Virus genome (UHGV): UHGV-0179428
Length of the DNA: 64,000 nt
From: a virus
Reading direction: 5' to 3' (one strand)
The translations under genes were made by a program, and so were the position numbers. Below are positions 30,501-39,637 of the stretch, piece after piece (the first letter of the stretch is position 1; every line of letters starts with the position of its first letter). The notes beneath the pieces are model-generated. The model was not told where the DNA came from and ran no database searches. It saw only the letters and a program-made list of their open reading frames with translations.

Positions 30501-33500
30501 TTCTGGGAAAGCAGGAACGGCGGTAAACAAGGCTGTGACTTTACCGAAGAAACTTCTGGGCTTCATTTCACCTAAAGCGGCTTCGTTGTTCGAGAAAGCA
30601 CGTGAGTGGCTAAATGAGGTTCCAGAGGGCGCAGAGAAAACCCGTTTACAAAGCATGATTTCCCGTGTAACGGGAATGCCAGCGCGTTTGTGGAACAATG
30701 CAAAACGCGGGTTTGAGAAGCTCAAAGAGTTGGCTTCTGATAACCCATTGACACGTTGGTGGCAGAACCGTAAGGAAGGGGGTTCTGGTGGTGGGTTTAG
30801 TGTGTTCTCATGGTCGAATGGCCGTAAAACTAACCACATCTTAATCCGTATCTACAAACTCCTTAACCGGAGATTGCCAGGTGAACCAGAAGATGATACC
30901 TGGACAGAACAGATGGAGCGGAATACGGGAGCCAGCTCAGTTAAAGGATTATTCCAACGTGCTAAAGACATACGCGATGGGTTCCGTGAACATTTTCAGG
31001 GGTTCCGGGATTGGCGTGGTCGGATGCGTGACAGAATGTCCCGTTATCGCAGTGCGGTAGGCGGTCGTCTTTCTCGTTGGGGTGGTGCCGCACGTGGTTG
31101 GTTTGATCGTTTCCGTGGCCGTGCAAGCGATATGGTCGACACTTTCCGTGATCCACGTTTCGATATTGGAACACGTTATCGAATGGAGAGTCGTTTAGCA
31201 GGACGCGATGACGATGTTGCTGAGTTTTATCGTCAACACATCTACGCAAGAGGCAAAGTGTCTAAAACACGTATCATTGATGCGGCAAAAGAAGACTTAG
31301 ACACCGTAACGGATAGCGCTGGACGTGTGATTAATAAAGGGAAACAGAAAGCCCGTAGCGTTGGGTCAGCTTTACTGGAACGCCTGAACCGAATGGTTAA
31401 TCTTCAGGAAATGTCTTGGTTTAACACCATGCGTGATTCTGCGGAAAAAGCAGGTGCTTCGGACGGTTTGTTAAGAACTATGTTCAGTAAGTTCGGCCAA
31501 CGCAATAAGCCGCCTGCCAGTGATGAAAAACGCGATTACTTCCAGTTCTTCCGACGCCGTCGTCGTTCTAAGGAAGAGGAAAAGGCTAAGAAAGAGGCTG
31601 AGAAGAAAGGCGGTAAACGTGGGGTAATGGATTTCCTTAAAGGACTGCCGTTGGTAGGACCAATTGTGAGTATTTTGGGCACAGTGGGTTCAATCTTAGG
31701 TAAAGTTGCAAAATGGGGAATCTTTAAGCCGGTTGGGTTTGCAGGCAAAGCGTTGTGGAACGTTGGTAAGTTTGCTGTGACCCGTTTGGCTGTCCCTGCG
31801 GTGAGTGCTGTCGCGACAGCGGCATCTGCAGTGGTAACTGCGGTTGGCTGGCCGATTATCGGTTTGGTCGCTGCAGGCGCTGCGCTGTCTTGGTTTGCGT
31901 ATAAAACTGCAACCCGTGTAAATGCCCAGTATCTGGATAACATGCGATTGGCACAGTACGGTTTTAGAGACCACGATGAATGGTCTTCCGACGACGGTGC
32001 AAAAGCACGTTATTTAGAAGACAACTTGAAACCGTATATCTCTTATACAGAGAACGGTCAAGCGCAGCTGCGTGGTTTGTCCGGTGACGACGTGAAGAAA
32101 CTGGCCGAAGGGTTTGGTACTAACGTAGAAGACAAAGGCGAAATGCTGGCGTTTACCGCATTTATGCTACAACGTTTTGTGCCGATCTATTTGCGTTGGA
32201 TTACAGCGTTACGTTCAATGGATAACGATATCGCGTTAGCTGACGTCGGTAATCCGTCGAAGGTATCAAAAGCAGACATGCTTACCATCTTTAACAAAAT
32301 GAAGATGACAAAAGATGCACCTGCTTTTAAATCGCTGACGGACCCCCGTAAAGTTAACCAAGGTTGGTTCTCTAAAGCGTGGGATTTCGTGACCTTCACA
32401 CCGGCAGAATTTTTGTCAGGCGAAGAAGTTGTCGAAGCACAAGATCGTGTTTTCCGTTCGATCAACATGCGCCGGGATGATAAGCGTAAGGAAACAACTG
32501 GAACCGGCGCTGTGCCTGAAGGACATAAGGTTGCTTCTGTGGCAGAATCTTCGCAGGTACTCGCGAAGAACGATACCGAACGTAACGAAACTGTTGCTAA
32601 AGCTGAGGGTTGGGAAGACGGTACTGAACAGGTTCAAATTCAAGTTGACTGGAGAGTATTACCTGAGAAGAAAGATTTGGACGCGATGGAATCCGTCCGT
32701 TGGAAATCTTACGGTGTGAAATCTGTTAATGAGACAACACGTACCCTCTTTAGATTGCTTGAGAAAGAAGTGCTGAAAGACACGGATATCAAAAATTGCA
32801 TTTATAAGGGCGATTGGAAGAAAGCAATTTCTGCGATTGCGCCTGATGCAATTGGCGGTCCAAAAGAGGAACGTTACAAGAACTGGTTCTATAATCGATT
32901 CTTACCTGTATTCATGACCTACGTTTATGGTGTAAAACGCTACGTACCTCATGCAGATCCGTTGGATTTGAAACTCACAGGGGGGTTCCTCTATGAGCTG
33001 GCACTGATGATGCGTGGTGCTTACAACATGAAAGGGGGTATCCGTCAGTCTGTGTGGGAAATCGCATTTAACCCGTTAGGAGGCGATGCGAATACTGACG
33101 CAGGTTCGGTGAAGGAAGAATTAGCAACGTTGAAAGAGTTGTCTAAAGAACCCGATCTGGCTGTAAGGAATATGCTCAAAGAAACACCGAGCACACCTAA
33201 GCGTATGACATGGAAATCACCAGCGACAAACTCCAGTGTCCATCAGACGAATGAAGATAGTAAAGAGCGTTATAAGGGAATTAACAGCTACGGCGAAGCT
33301 TCAAACGATGGATACTTACCAAAAGGTGGTCAGTCCTACGGTACGCCAGGTGACTTATCACAAGTTGTTGGCGATATGGGTATAGGGAACTACGCGAAGT
33401 ATTCCACTGGACAATCTGGTATCACCCTCGGTGAGTTACAAGACGGTGATTACAAATCGTTAGTGACTAAATACCCAAGGGAAATGCTCGGTAAACCGAT

Positions 33501-34713
33501 GCAGTCAAATACCGAAGCCATCAAGTCATTGATTATCGACGCGGCAAACATGGTGGGTGTTCCGCCATCCGTTGCGATTGCAATGGCACAAGCAGAATCC
33601 GGCTTACAGTATGGCAACTATCCTGGCGCATCCTCTGGTAGACCGAGAAGCAATAAGATGTCTGCCGCTGGCCTGTTCCAATTTACCAATGGCACTTGGA
33701 ACGGGGTTATGAAGCAATACGCACGAAGATACGGTATTCCACAAACCGATCAGTTCGACCCGTGGGCTAACGCAATCTTAGGCGTTAACTTCATTAGAGA
33801 CAACATCAAGACCGCACAAAAGGATCTTGGTGGAATTGCCCCACCTCCGGCAGTGGCGTACCTATACCACTTCTTAGGTCCAGGTGGTGGTGCTGAGTTC
33901 CTTAAAGCCTGGAAAACCAATCCTAACGGGTCGCCCGACAAAGTGAAGTACATTACACCTGCCGTTCTTAACGGTAATGAAGGTGTTTTCTATATCATGA
34001 ACGGGAAGAAACGCGTTAGGATGCGTACGATCGGTGAGGTTGTCGAGGAACTGAACCGCCGTATGGGCGCGGTTGGAACTAACGAGATTGCAGCAAATCC
34101 TGCGTCTGCGAAAAACATGACAAAAGGGTTATCGCCAGTTCCATCGTCCCCTGCAATTGCTGCTGGCGCAGCTAACGATCCGTCTATTGCTGGTCCGGCA
34201 GATAACCTGCCAGCCGCGAACGAGGCGAATCGTGACTCCGCTTTAGCAGACAAAGGAGCGATGGGCGCTGAAGATATTAAAGCTGCAACGGGTGGTGGTC
34301 CGGCTGTGCCGAGTCCTGGCGGTGATGTCACGCCAAGTGATGCGTCTGTCGTTGTTGAAACGGTGGGTCAAAATGCGCGTGCTGACGGCTTGGGAGAAGA
34401 GGAAGTTGCCAAAGTAAAAGAAGGTGCTAGACAGCAAATGGAGAAAACAGCTCGTCCTGCACCAACGGTAACGTCTGATGCACAGACCGCGCCAACGGTG
34501 AACAGCGGTGATCCGATTAACGTACAACAGCTGGCGGTTGCAAAAGAGTCTGCGGGTTATCTGAGAGAGATTGTTACAATTCTTCGTCAGCGGCCACAGG
34601 CTATGCAGTCCTCCCCAGCGAGTTCGGCAGCTTCTGCCCCGGGGTCAGCATCACGTAACATCGCGGTTGAACAACCTGCCCGCCAACTCGACGTTGGTCG
34701 TAAACGGGCGTAA
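27547..34713 (+). CDS. giant virion/ejection protein with lytic transglycosylase domain (2388 aa)
   Basis: SLT-like AMAQAESGLQYGN...AAGLFQFTNGTW (~33.5-33.9 kb); acidic N-terminus; Arg/Gly-rich segments; hydrophobic TM cluster (~31.6-31.9 kb); Ala/Pro/Ser-rich C-terminus. Confidence 0.7.
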   Translation: MAKKGKDDFDEIDLDNMDDWDDFDEPPRQQDQSRNPVMDTFRAARKSALSTIWPENKRDQVILKGMPKPAAEAYEGYQNVKAAGQDILAHTKDEIEKTSRVVKMQARQLGPTLKRYLPESVTRKIDKWARNDQIDYGNYDPKQAMMDRELDSVFSGAPQTADQQRETQEGMVEDRLRDTIKDMKSDALFQTVIGIAKDVNLTTSLSRGVLLNVQRKQLELQYRTLFALQDIAKLKQDEFARNTPALEAIVKNTALPDYAKEEFSEIRWANVKRKAAEWMNPLHYADNFIGQIRENAKKKISNIFSDGRGILEQVLGMAQEDDFDMSDSSSLSPDRRNTNSRNKAAGFAGGWLAKRLLQPQIERLQNWTRGELEKNPEVMKRLQLAKYGFGNLSSISNSAIAGETSGPLADLFRLMHELGLVNPLRRETLALDDRSAESLSAAAKFDRKAYLSITEVIPTLLSEINKSIRRGYGEHHDQVYDLTTRGMVDRKVIGNRVRKAVANDDQRKRLQTYINDTVDFIDKDKTLDRKTRQALADYIESRASEGKAFDVGSLLKDPMHMYRYMNANAVEAIQGVLEARSAELVGGHHELSNAISNKIAAIQSTIRARQDTVDAASVIYGENALRDSGIFKYDAKNDIFEVDKDINDPYTLFNDLSMGKTRSGRSLTREQEIQRKLQNGSALGDYLRRMGAGAEPSFEDKELSNVRGGGKGGRGRGLSARQLAAVLYGEKSTNFVELLSSRPDTNAGLEQQFDRLIDAVRKQPESSTVQDILKHVKNMDEEGILLASLGGSRDDGNETESSSDSGRKRRRKRKRIVLGETGLLRRWAGVLWDTGSGVGRFGKNLFLRGKDRLQALGGFIRGKFSGGSSEGPGVFSRLKGLVTGTLSTGWNSAVAFGKGVLGVRDIYDERGNVVLQGSRLEAGEYYQADPKTEKLIQLKTLDDIKLGRDIVDEAGNLILAAADLAAAGKLRFYKGGKVQALFQYISGKAGTAVNKAVTLPKKLLGFISPKAASLFEKAREWLNEVPEGAEKTRLQSMISRVTGMPARLWNNAKRGFEKLKELASDNPLTRWWQNRKEGGSGGGFSVFSWSNGRKTNHILIRIYKLLNRRLPGEPEDDTWTEQMERNTGASSVKGLFQRAKDIRDGFREHFQGFRDWRGRMRDRMSRYRSAVGGRLSRWGGAARGWFDRFRGRASDMVDTFRDPRFDIGTRYRMESRLAGRDDDVAEFYRQHIYARGKVSKTRIIDAAKEDLDTVTDSAGRVINKGKQKARSVGSALLERLNRMVNLQEMSWFNTMRDSAEKAGASDGLLRTMFSKFGQRNKPPASDEKRDYFQFFRRRRRSKEEEKAKKEAEKKGGKRGVMDFLKGLPLVGPIVSILGTVGSILGKVAKWGIFKPVGFAGKALWNVGKFAVTRLAVPAVSAVATAASAVVTAVGWPIIGLVAAGAALSWFAYKTATRVNAQYLDNMRLAQYGFRDHDEWSSDDGAKARYLEDNLKPYISYTENGQAQLRGLSGDDVKKLAEGFGTNVEDKGEMLAFTAFMLQRFVPIYLRWITALRSMDNDIALADVGNPSKVSKADMLTIFNKMKMTKDAPAFKSLTDPRKVNQGWFSKAWDFVTFTPAEFLSGEEVVEAQDRVFRSINMRRDDKRKETTGTGAVPEGHKVASVAESSQVLAKNDTERNETVAKAEGWEDGTEQVQIQVDWRVLPEKKDLDAMESVRWKSYGVKSVNETTRTLFRLLEKEVLKDTDIKNCIYKGDWKKAISAIAPDAIGGPKEERYKNWFYNRFLPVFMTYVYGVKRYVPHADPLDLKLTGGFLYELALMMRGAYNMKGGIRQSVWEIAFNPLGGDANTDAGSVKEELATLKELSKEPDLAVRNMLKETPSTPKRMTWKSPATNSSVHQTNEDSKERYKGINSYGEASNDGYLPKGGQSYGTPGDLSQVVGDMGIGNYAKYSTGQSGITLGELQDGDYKSLVTKYPREMLGKPMQSNTEAIKSLIIDAANMVGVPPSVAIAMAQAESGLQYGNYPGASSGRPRSNKMSAAGLFQFTNGTWNGVMKQYARRYGIPQTDQFDPWANAILGVNFIRDNIKTAQKDLGGIAPPPAVAYLYHFLGPGGGAEFLKAWKTNPNGSPDKVKYITPAVLNGNEGVFYIMNGKKRVRMRTIGEVVEELNRRMGAVGTNEIAANPASAKNMTKGLSPVPSSPAIAAGAANDPSIAGPADNLPAANEANRDSALADKGAMGAEDIKAATGGGPAVPSPGGDVTPSDASVVVETVGQNARADGLGEEEVAKVKEGARQQMEKTARPAPTVTSDAQTAPTVNSGDPINVQQLAVAKESAGYLREIVTILRQRPQAMQSSPASSAASAPGSASRNIAVEQPARQLDVGRKRA

Positions 34714-34715
34714 CA

Positions 34716-34752
34716 GTAATCGGGGGTAGGTAACTACCCCCTACTTTTTTAG
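34716..34752 (+). terminator. Intrinsic terminator (probably partial) after the giant gene
   Basis: Stem GGGGGTAG/CTACCCCC (34723-34741) then TTTTTT. Confidence 0.5.
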
Positions 34753-34761
34753 AGGTATAAA

Positions 34762-36933
34762 GTGGACGCTAGAACAGCTAACGACTCAAGCTGGGTCAAA
34801 AGCCTCTTTAACGGCGTGTTGGATGGCCGAGATGAACGTTTCCTGGCCTTGCGACGCTACTCCAACGGTATGTTATCGTTCGAGGACACCACGTTAGGTG
34901 GCAGTAAAGCGATTAACACACCACCCCAATTTACATGGTTTGCAGATCCGCCATCGACTGGCGCATTTGCACAACCTGACAACCCGAGAGCCGAAACTAA
35001 AACATTCTCCAATAACCGAGAAACGGGTTCGTATAAACTCGGTACTTATTTCTACGAAAGTATTAATCAGAATTCGTTTTATGTTCACTGTCGGTTCGGT
35101 AAACCGAAATATCTGGGTATGGCCGCATTCTTTGCGAACATGTACGACTCCAACCTAGCGTACTTGGCTCGTACTGGTGACTATCCAGGTATGATGAGAA
35201 CGATGGTTTCGTATTTAGGTGCAGCAGCAATATGGGCCACTGTAGGTACCGTTGCCTTTGCGGTTATTCTTATTACACCACGAATTCTAAAAGCGGTGTT
35301 GAATAAACAAACTTCGCGTTACTATTACGTCAAACCAACGATGCATTTGTATTTGCGCGCCGTGCAAAACATTCTAAACACGCAACTCATTTATCGTCGT
35401 TTGGTTCCCACAGGCGTGCTCGGTAATTTCAAACTACAAGAAAATACCGATGATGGTACAAATTCATACAGCAATGATAAACAAGACTGGTATGCTTCGT
35501 TGCCTACTATCTGGAAAGATAACGGGGAGTTTGACGTTTATCGAATGATAAACCGCTATCAAACATTAGCGAATTATCAGACCAAAGCCATAGAGCAAAT
35601 GCGCATTGAAAGCGGTGGAGATGAAGAAGCATTTGCAAGAAAACTACGTGCGTTTTATAACGAAGGGATGTACTCCAAACGCGTTATTAATGATGCGGGT
35701 AGTTTCGAAGTTTCGTTGCATGACTTAGAAACGGTTGCTCAAAAAGACAACGCTTATAAAGCGCCTTTTGAAAATATTAACGATCAAGAGTCTAAGTTGG
35801 TTGAAGGGATCACTGGCACACTAACCGCTGGCGGTACCGCAGATGAAATTGATGCGAACACAAAGAAACTTCGAGAATCGATGGCAGCAAACATGGCTGC
35901 TGCGGAGAAGGCTGAAAACGAAATCGGTGGTGAGGATGTCCCCGATATAGCTAAGATACAAGAATGGGCAGATACGGGTTCTAAAGAAAATGTAGGGACC
36001 TTCTTTAAAGATTTCGTCGAAATGGGTAAAAACTATATCGACGGTATTAAGGAAAATGCGCTTTCTGAAATCCGTAATGGTTCGCAATGGGTGTCGTGGC
36101 GCATCGACGCTAAAGACACGGTTTCTCGTTCGTTCTCTAACTCTACTAAAGAGCCAGAGATTTCGGGTACCGTTAACTCGTTAACCGCGAAAGCACGTTC
36201 GTTAGAAGTCAACTTATCCGGCGGTCAAACGGGTTTCAGCGCTGTAGATGCTTTAGTTTCCGGGATTAAGTCCGCGATGCGTGGCGTTGCCGACACCTTA
36301 CATTTGACAGGGATCATGTCGCTGTACAACTCTTCGGTAATTGACTTTCCAGAAGTGTGGGACAGTTCGGATGCGTCGGGTGATGACATTACGTTAACGA
36401 TACCGTTACGCTGTTGGTCTGGCAACGATTTGGATATCTTCCAAGACTTGCTCGTTCCACTGTCATTCTGGATCGCTGCGGTTTGTCCGCTGGCTACAGG
36501 TAAACAATCTTTTACTCACCCGTTCTATTTAGAGTGTTACTCACAAGGACGCTTTTCTTTCCGTAATGCGATGGTGACGTCAATGTCATTGCAATTCGGT
36601 GTGGGTGGTTTAGGTTGGCGGCCAGGCGATTCCGTTCCACTGTCTTGCGATATCTCTGTTACTATTCGTGATTTGACTCGCGTTATGTACATGCCCATTG
36701 TTACCGACACAGGTGTGTGGGATGACGATAATAAATTTAGTGAATTTATGGCGTGTTTAGGTGGTGCTACGTTGTACGAGCGTACTAACGGTATTGCGCG
36801 TGCCAAGATTAATGCGAGCATCTGGGCACAAAACTGGGCATCCGCGTGGTCACAGGGTAGTTTTATTAACTCTGCACTGGATGTTATCCCAGCACGCCAG
36901 ATCGCGAACATCTTCTTGCCGCAAGCACGTTAA
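34762..36933 (+). CDS. hypothetical virion protein (723 aa), GTG start
   Basis: Long ORF; AGAGG RBS before GTG. Confidence 0.5.
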   Translation: MDARTANDSSWVKSLFNGVLDGRDERFLALRRYSNGMLSFEDTTLGGSKAINTPPQFTWFADPPSTGAFAQPDNPRAETKTFSNNRETGSYKLGTYFYESINQNSFYVHCRFGKPKYLGMAAFFANMYDSNLAYLARTGDYPGMMRTMVSYLGAAAIWATVGTVAFAVILITPRILKAVLNKQTSRYYYVKPTMHLYLRAVQNILNTQLIYRRLVPTGVLGNFKLQENTDDGTNSYSNDKQDWYASLPTIWKDNGEFDVYRMINRYQTLANYQTKAIEQMRIESGGDEEAFARKLRAFYNEGMYSKRVINDAGSFEVSLHDLETVAQKDNAYKAPFENINDQESKLVEGITGTLTAGGTADEIDANTKKLRESMAANMAAAEKAENEIGGEDVPDIAKIQEWADTGSKENVGTFFKDFVEMGKNYIDGIKENALSEIRNGSQWVSWRIDAKDTVSRSFSNSTKEPEISGTVNSLTAKARSLEVNLSGGQTGFSAVDALVSGIKSAMRGVADTLHLTGIMSLYNSSVIDFPEVWDSSDASGDDITLTIPLRCWSGNDLDIFQDLLVPLSFWIAAVCPLATGKQSFTHPFYLECYSQGRFSFRNAMVTSMSLQFGVGGLGWRPGDSVPLSCDISVTIRDLTRVMYMPIVTDTGVWDDDNKFSEFMACLGGATLYERTNGIARAKINASIWAQNWASAWSQGSFINSALDVIPARQIANIFLPQAR

Positions 36934-36949
36934 TGTTTGAGAGGAAATA

Positions 36950-37513
36950 ATGGCTAATACGCTATTAGGTAAATCAGGAAAACAACTGGTTTATGAGTTA
37001 TTAGTAAAAAAGAATCCTGGTTTGGTAGAGAAAGGTATTACAATCGATAAGTTGAATTTTGGTACACCGTCACATATTCCTGCGGTAGAAACACCAGAAA
37101 CTCAATTTACGCGATTAAATACCCAACTTAGCGTCCAGGGAATTATTGAACAGAAAACGTTTGGTAAAATTGACGTTATTTATCGTCGGTTGGATTTAGA
37201 GCACCTCTTAGGTGATTTTGTAGTTTCTGTTGCGGGTGTTAATGCGGCTACGGTATCTGAGGTACTACAGCTTTTTCGCACTAAGTACAATTTGCAGATT
37301 ACCGACGATGAAGTCGAGAACCCAACAGCTGCACCAGACAGCAAAGATAAAACCATCATTAACATGAATGGGACATCTTTGGCGTGGACAGGGCGGCTGG
37401 AGGTGTACTTAACAGAGCTGCCGTCTGACGGTAAGGATATTTCGAAGTTGATTAAAGTCACTGAACTTGACGGTTTGACGTATATCTCTTCTGGGATTGT
37501 TCCAGGCGCTTAA
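36950..37513 (+). CDS. hypothetical protein (187 aa)
   Basis: GAGAGGA RBS; strong terminator downstream. Confidence 0.55.
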   Translation: MANTLLGKSGKQLVYELLVKKNPGLVEKGITIDKLNFGTPSHIPAVETPETQFTRLNTQLSVQGIIEQKTFGKIDVIYRRLDLEHLLGDFVVSVAGVNAATVSEVLQLFRTKYNLQITDDEVENPTAAPDSKDKTIINMNGTSLAWTGRLEVYLTELPSDGKDISKLIKVTELDGLTYISSGIVPGA

Positions 37514-37568
37514 AAAAAGAAAAAAATAAGAAAGTTAACCTACCTCCGAAAGGAGGTAGGTACTTTTA
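37514..37568. terminator. Bidirectional intrinsic terminator at convergence point
   Basis: Stem ACCTACCTCC-GAAA-GGAGGTAGGT (37538-37562) with flanking A- and T-tracts. Confidence 0.75.
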
Positions 37569-37569
37569 T

Positions 37570-38427
37570 TTATTTCGCCAGGTCTGCTTCTTTTACAAAG
37601 ATACCGTCGGCGTTCAGGTAACCTTTACGGTCTTTGATTTCGTGCCAGGCCAAAGAGAAACAATGACGAATGTCCAGTTTGTAATACAAGGCGATACGAG
37701 CAAGATGAGCTAAACCCAGGCTAACGAAATCGAAACCATGATCTTTGCCTTCCATAAAGGTTGTGGCAAAACTTTCAATAGCGTGAAGGTATTGTTGATG
37801 TGGGTATCCAGCGTTGTTTAAATTTTCTTCAACCTCAGCTACATCTTCCACGTTTAAGCGTAGACCAGACTCGATGCAGTCTTCTGCCACTGTAAGGTGA
37901 CCAGAATACGCATCCCCTAATTCGATTATGTTTACCAGAACCACCAACGCATCACCAATACCATCCATGATCAAATCAGGTTTGTTTTTACTGATACCCG
38001 CCGCAATTTCACCTAACTCTTCAAAGAACTTCGTGATTTGGGTTTCCAGTTTACCGTTATCGAGAATACCACGTTCTTTAGACCAACCTTTAACGAGTTT
38101 TACACATTTTGCGATCGTGCAAACTAGAACAGATTCTGTATGCATTACCGTGCCGTTGTAAACAGCATCGGTAAGCTTAATAGGCGCTACAATTGTTTCG
38201 ATGTCCAGTTCTTGATTACCGGTGTGGCGTTTACCTTCTACACGAATACGGTTGGTACCGGGGTTTACACCAATTGTGTAAATAGCATCGAACTGTACTG
38301 CATTCTCATTCAAAGCGCGCAGTTGTGCGTTAACTTCTTCCAGGTGCTGACCAGGATTAACTACGATGTTGTAAATAGTGTTGATGTCAAAACGTTCGCC
38401 CATTTTAAACTCCATTAGATTAAACAA
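37570..38427 (-). CDS. MazG-like nucleoside triphosphate pyrophosphohydrolase
   Basis: EELGEIAAG ... DGIGDALVVLVNIIELGD resembles the MazG EExxE / ELGD helices. Confidence 0.45.
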   Translation of the reverse strand: MFNLMEFKMGERFDINTIYNIVVNPGQHLEEVNAQLRALNENAVQFDAIYTIGVNPGTNRIRVEGKRHTGNQELDIETIVAPIKLTDAVYNGTVMHTESVLVCTIAKCVKLVKGWSKERGILDNGKLETQITKFFEELGEIAAGISKNKPDLIMDGIGDALVVLVNIIELGDAYSGHLTVAEDCIESGLRLNVEDVAEVEENLNNAGYPHQQYLHAIESFATTFMEGKDHGFDFVSLGLAHLARIALYYKLDIRHCFSLAWHEIKDRKGYLNADGIFVKEADLAK

Positions 38428-38435
38428 AAGGAATA

Positions 38436-38465
38436 ATGATTAGGGGTGCTACATAAGCACCCCAG
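38436..38465 (-). terminator. Intrinsic terminator
   Basis: Stem GGGGTGCT/AGCACCCC (38444-38463), T-rich on the minus strand. Confidence 0.5.
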
Positions 38466-38471
38466 GAACTG

Positions 38472-38615
38472 TTAAATTTTGCAAGCCCCGCCTGAGCAGT
38501 TATCGTCTTCCGTGGTCGGGTCGGCTCCTTTCTCTACGGTCGCTTCCGGGTCTAAGCCAGGGATTGCAAATTCATCAGTTTCTTTAACGGCTTCTACTTT
38601 AACTTCTTCAGTCAT
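38472..38615 (-). CDS. small acidic protein (47 aa), not in ORF track
   Basis: Hand-translated: MTEEVKVEAVKETDEFAIPGLDPEATVEKGADPTTEDDNCSGGACKI; weak GGAAA RBS; terminator downstream. Confidence 0.3.
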   Translation of the reverse strand: MTEEVKVEAVKETDEFAIPGLDPEATVEKGADPTTEDDNCSGGACKI

Positions 38616-38658
38616 TTTAGTTTCCAAATTTCTTACAAAGGGGTTAACAGTTTTGATT

Positions 38659-38841
38659 TTAAGGTTGGCGAATGTGAGACAGAAGCAGGCCCATCCGTAA
38701 TGGAACTGACGCGGTCATTGCCCTTTTATATTGCACAGTGCGTACTTTCGATTTACCAGGTCCCTTACGTACACGGTTGTAGCCAATAAAATATAGAGTA
38801 CCTGTAAAGAATCTGAGGTTATGAAAATATGGCTTCTTCAT
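38659..38841 (-). CDS. small basic protein (60 aa)
   Basis: ORF start overlaps the end of the upstream ORF; lysine/arginine rich. Confidence 0.3.
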   Translation of the reverse strand: MKKPYFHNLRFFTGTLYFIGYNRVRKGPGKSKVRTVQYKRAMTASVPLRMGLLLSHIRQP

Positions 38842-39023
38842 TGTTCCTCCTTCTCGAATGGGTTAGATTCAAGGAACTTGGAATAATCAAATTGAATTAC
38901 TTGGAAACGTTTACGTCCTTTACGTGGCCCTTTGCACCAGCGCGTAACAATGGTACGGAACTTCTTCGGCTCGAAATACGTTATCGTGAAATTAAGAACA
39001 TCGTCTAACATATTACCCCCCAT
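38838..39023 (-). CDS. small protein (61 aa)
   Basis: AAGGTGA RBS before the ATG. Confidence 0.4.
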   Translation of the reverse strand: MGGNMLDDVLNFTITYFEPKKFRTIVTRWCKGPRKGRKRFQVIQFDYSKFLESNPFEKEEQ

Positions 39024-39031
39024 AGTTCACC

Positions 39032-39421
39032 TTAATCGGTGTGCAAAGTGAGATAATTACTTTCAAAATCGAAAGTTTCGATTAGTCTTTGCAATTTTTC
39101 CAACGTGCGCTGTTTCCAGTCGTCTCGTGGCGTAGGCTGATCCAATTCTTCAATATATTGTTTAAAGGCGGTAAGTTGTTCTTTATTGATTGCGAACTCA
39201 CTGCTACCGCATACCGTCGTTATATTGAATTCGGATTTAAGTTTGTTAAATGCGTTCCAACAAAACGACAGCCTTTCCGTCCACATTAATTCACCCTGAT
39301 CGAATATTTCTCCGAGTATGTCGTCAACATGATCGACGTAATATTGGTGCTCCCAAGCCTGACGCACGGATTCTTTTACAGCGGATTTTGAGTATGAATA
39401 AACGTAGATATCGATTGACAT
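39032..39421 (-). CDS. hypothetical protein (129 aa)
   Basis: ORF only. Confidence 0.5.
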   Translation of the reverse strand: MSIDIYVYSYSKSAVKESVRQAWEHQYYVDHVDDILGEIFDQGELMWTERLSFCWNAFNKLKSEFNITTVCGSSEFAINKEQLTAFKQYIEELDQPTPRDDWKQRTLEKLQRLIETFDFESNYLTLHTD

Positions 39422-39449
39422 AATGAATTTACTCCCTGAGTTAATTTAA

Positions 39450-39620
39450 TCAGTAAGGTCGGATTATAACCTTTTCGAAGTATTTATAAATAAACACCTT
39501 CTTGGTTTGATGTTTTCTTGGACCTTTCTTGATACGAGAGATCAAGATACGATCGATGTAACATTCTTTTATAACACGTCTTCTAGGAATGTAACAGGGA
39601 ACCGCCTCTAATTCTTCCAT
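39450..39620 (-). CDS. small basic protein (56 aa), not in ORF track
   Basis: Hand-translated: MEELEAVPCYIPRRRVIKECYIDRILISRIKKGPRKHQTKKVFIYKYFEKVIIRPY; weak RBS; sits in an otherwise 216-bp intergenic gap. Confidence 0.25.
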   Translation of the reverse strand: MEELEAVPCYIPRRRVIKECYIDRILISRIKKGPRKHQTKKVFIYKYFEKVIIRPY

Positions 39621-39637
39621 ACAACTAACCCCACTGA

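Noticed and set aside
28000-34530. Numerous 60-135-aa minus-strand ORFs inside the giant gene
   Set aside because: All are embedded antisense in the 2388-aa coding region and are Arg/Pro/Ser-rich; best explained as shadow frames.
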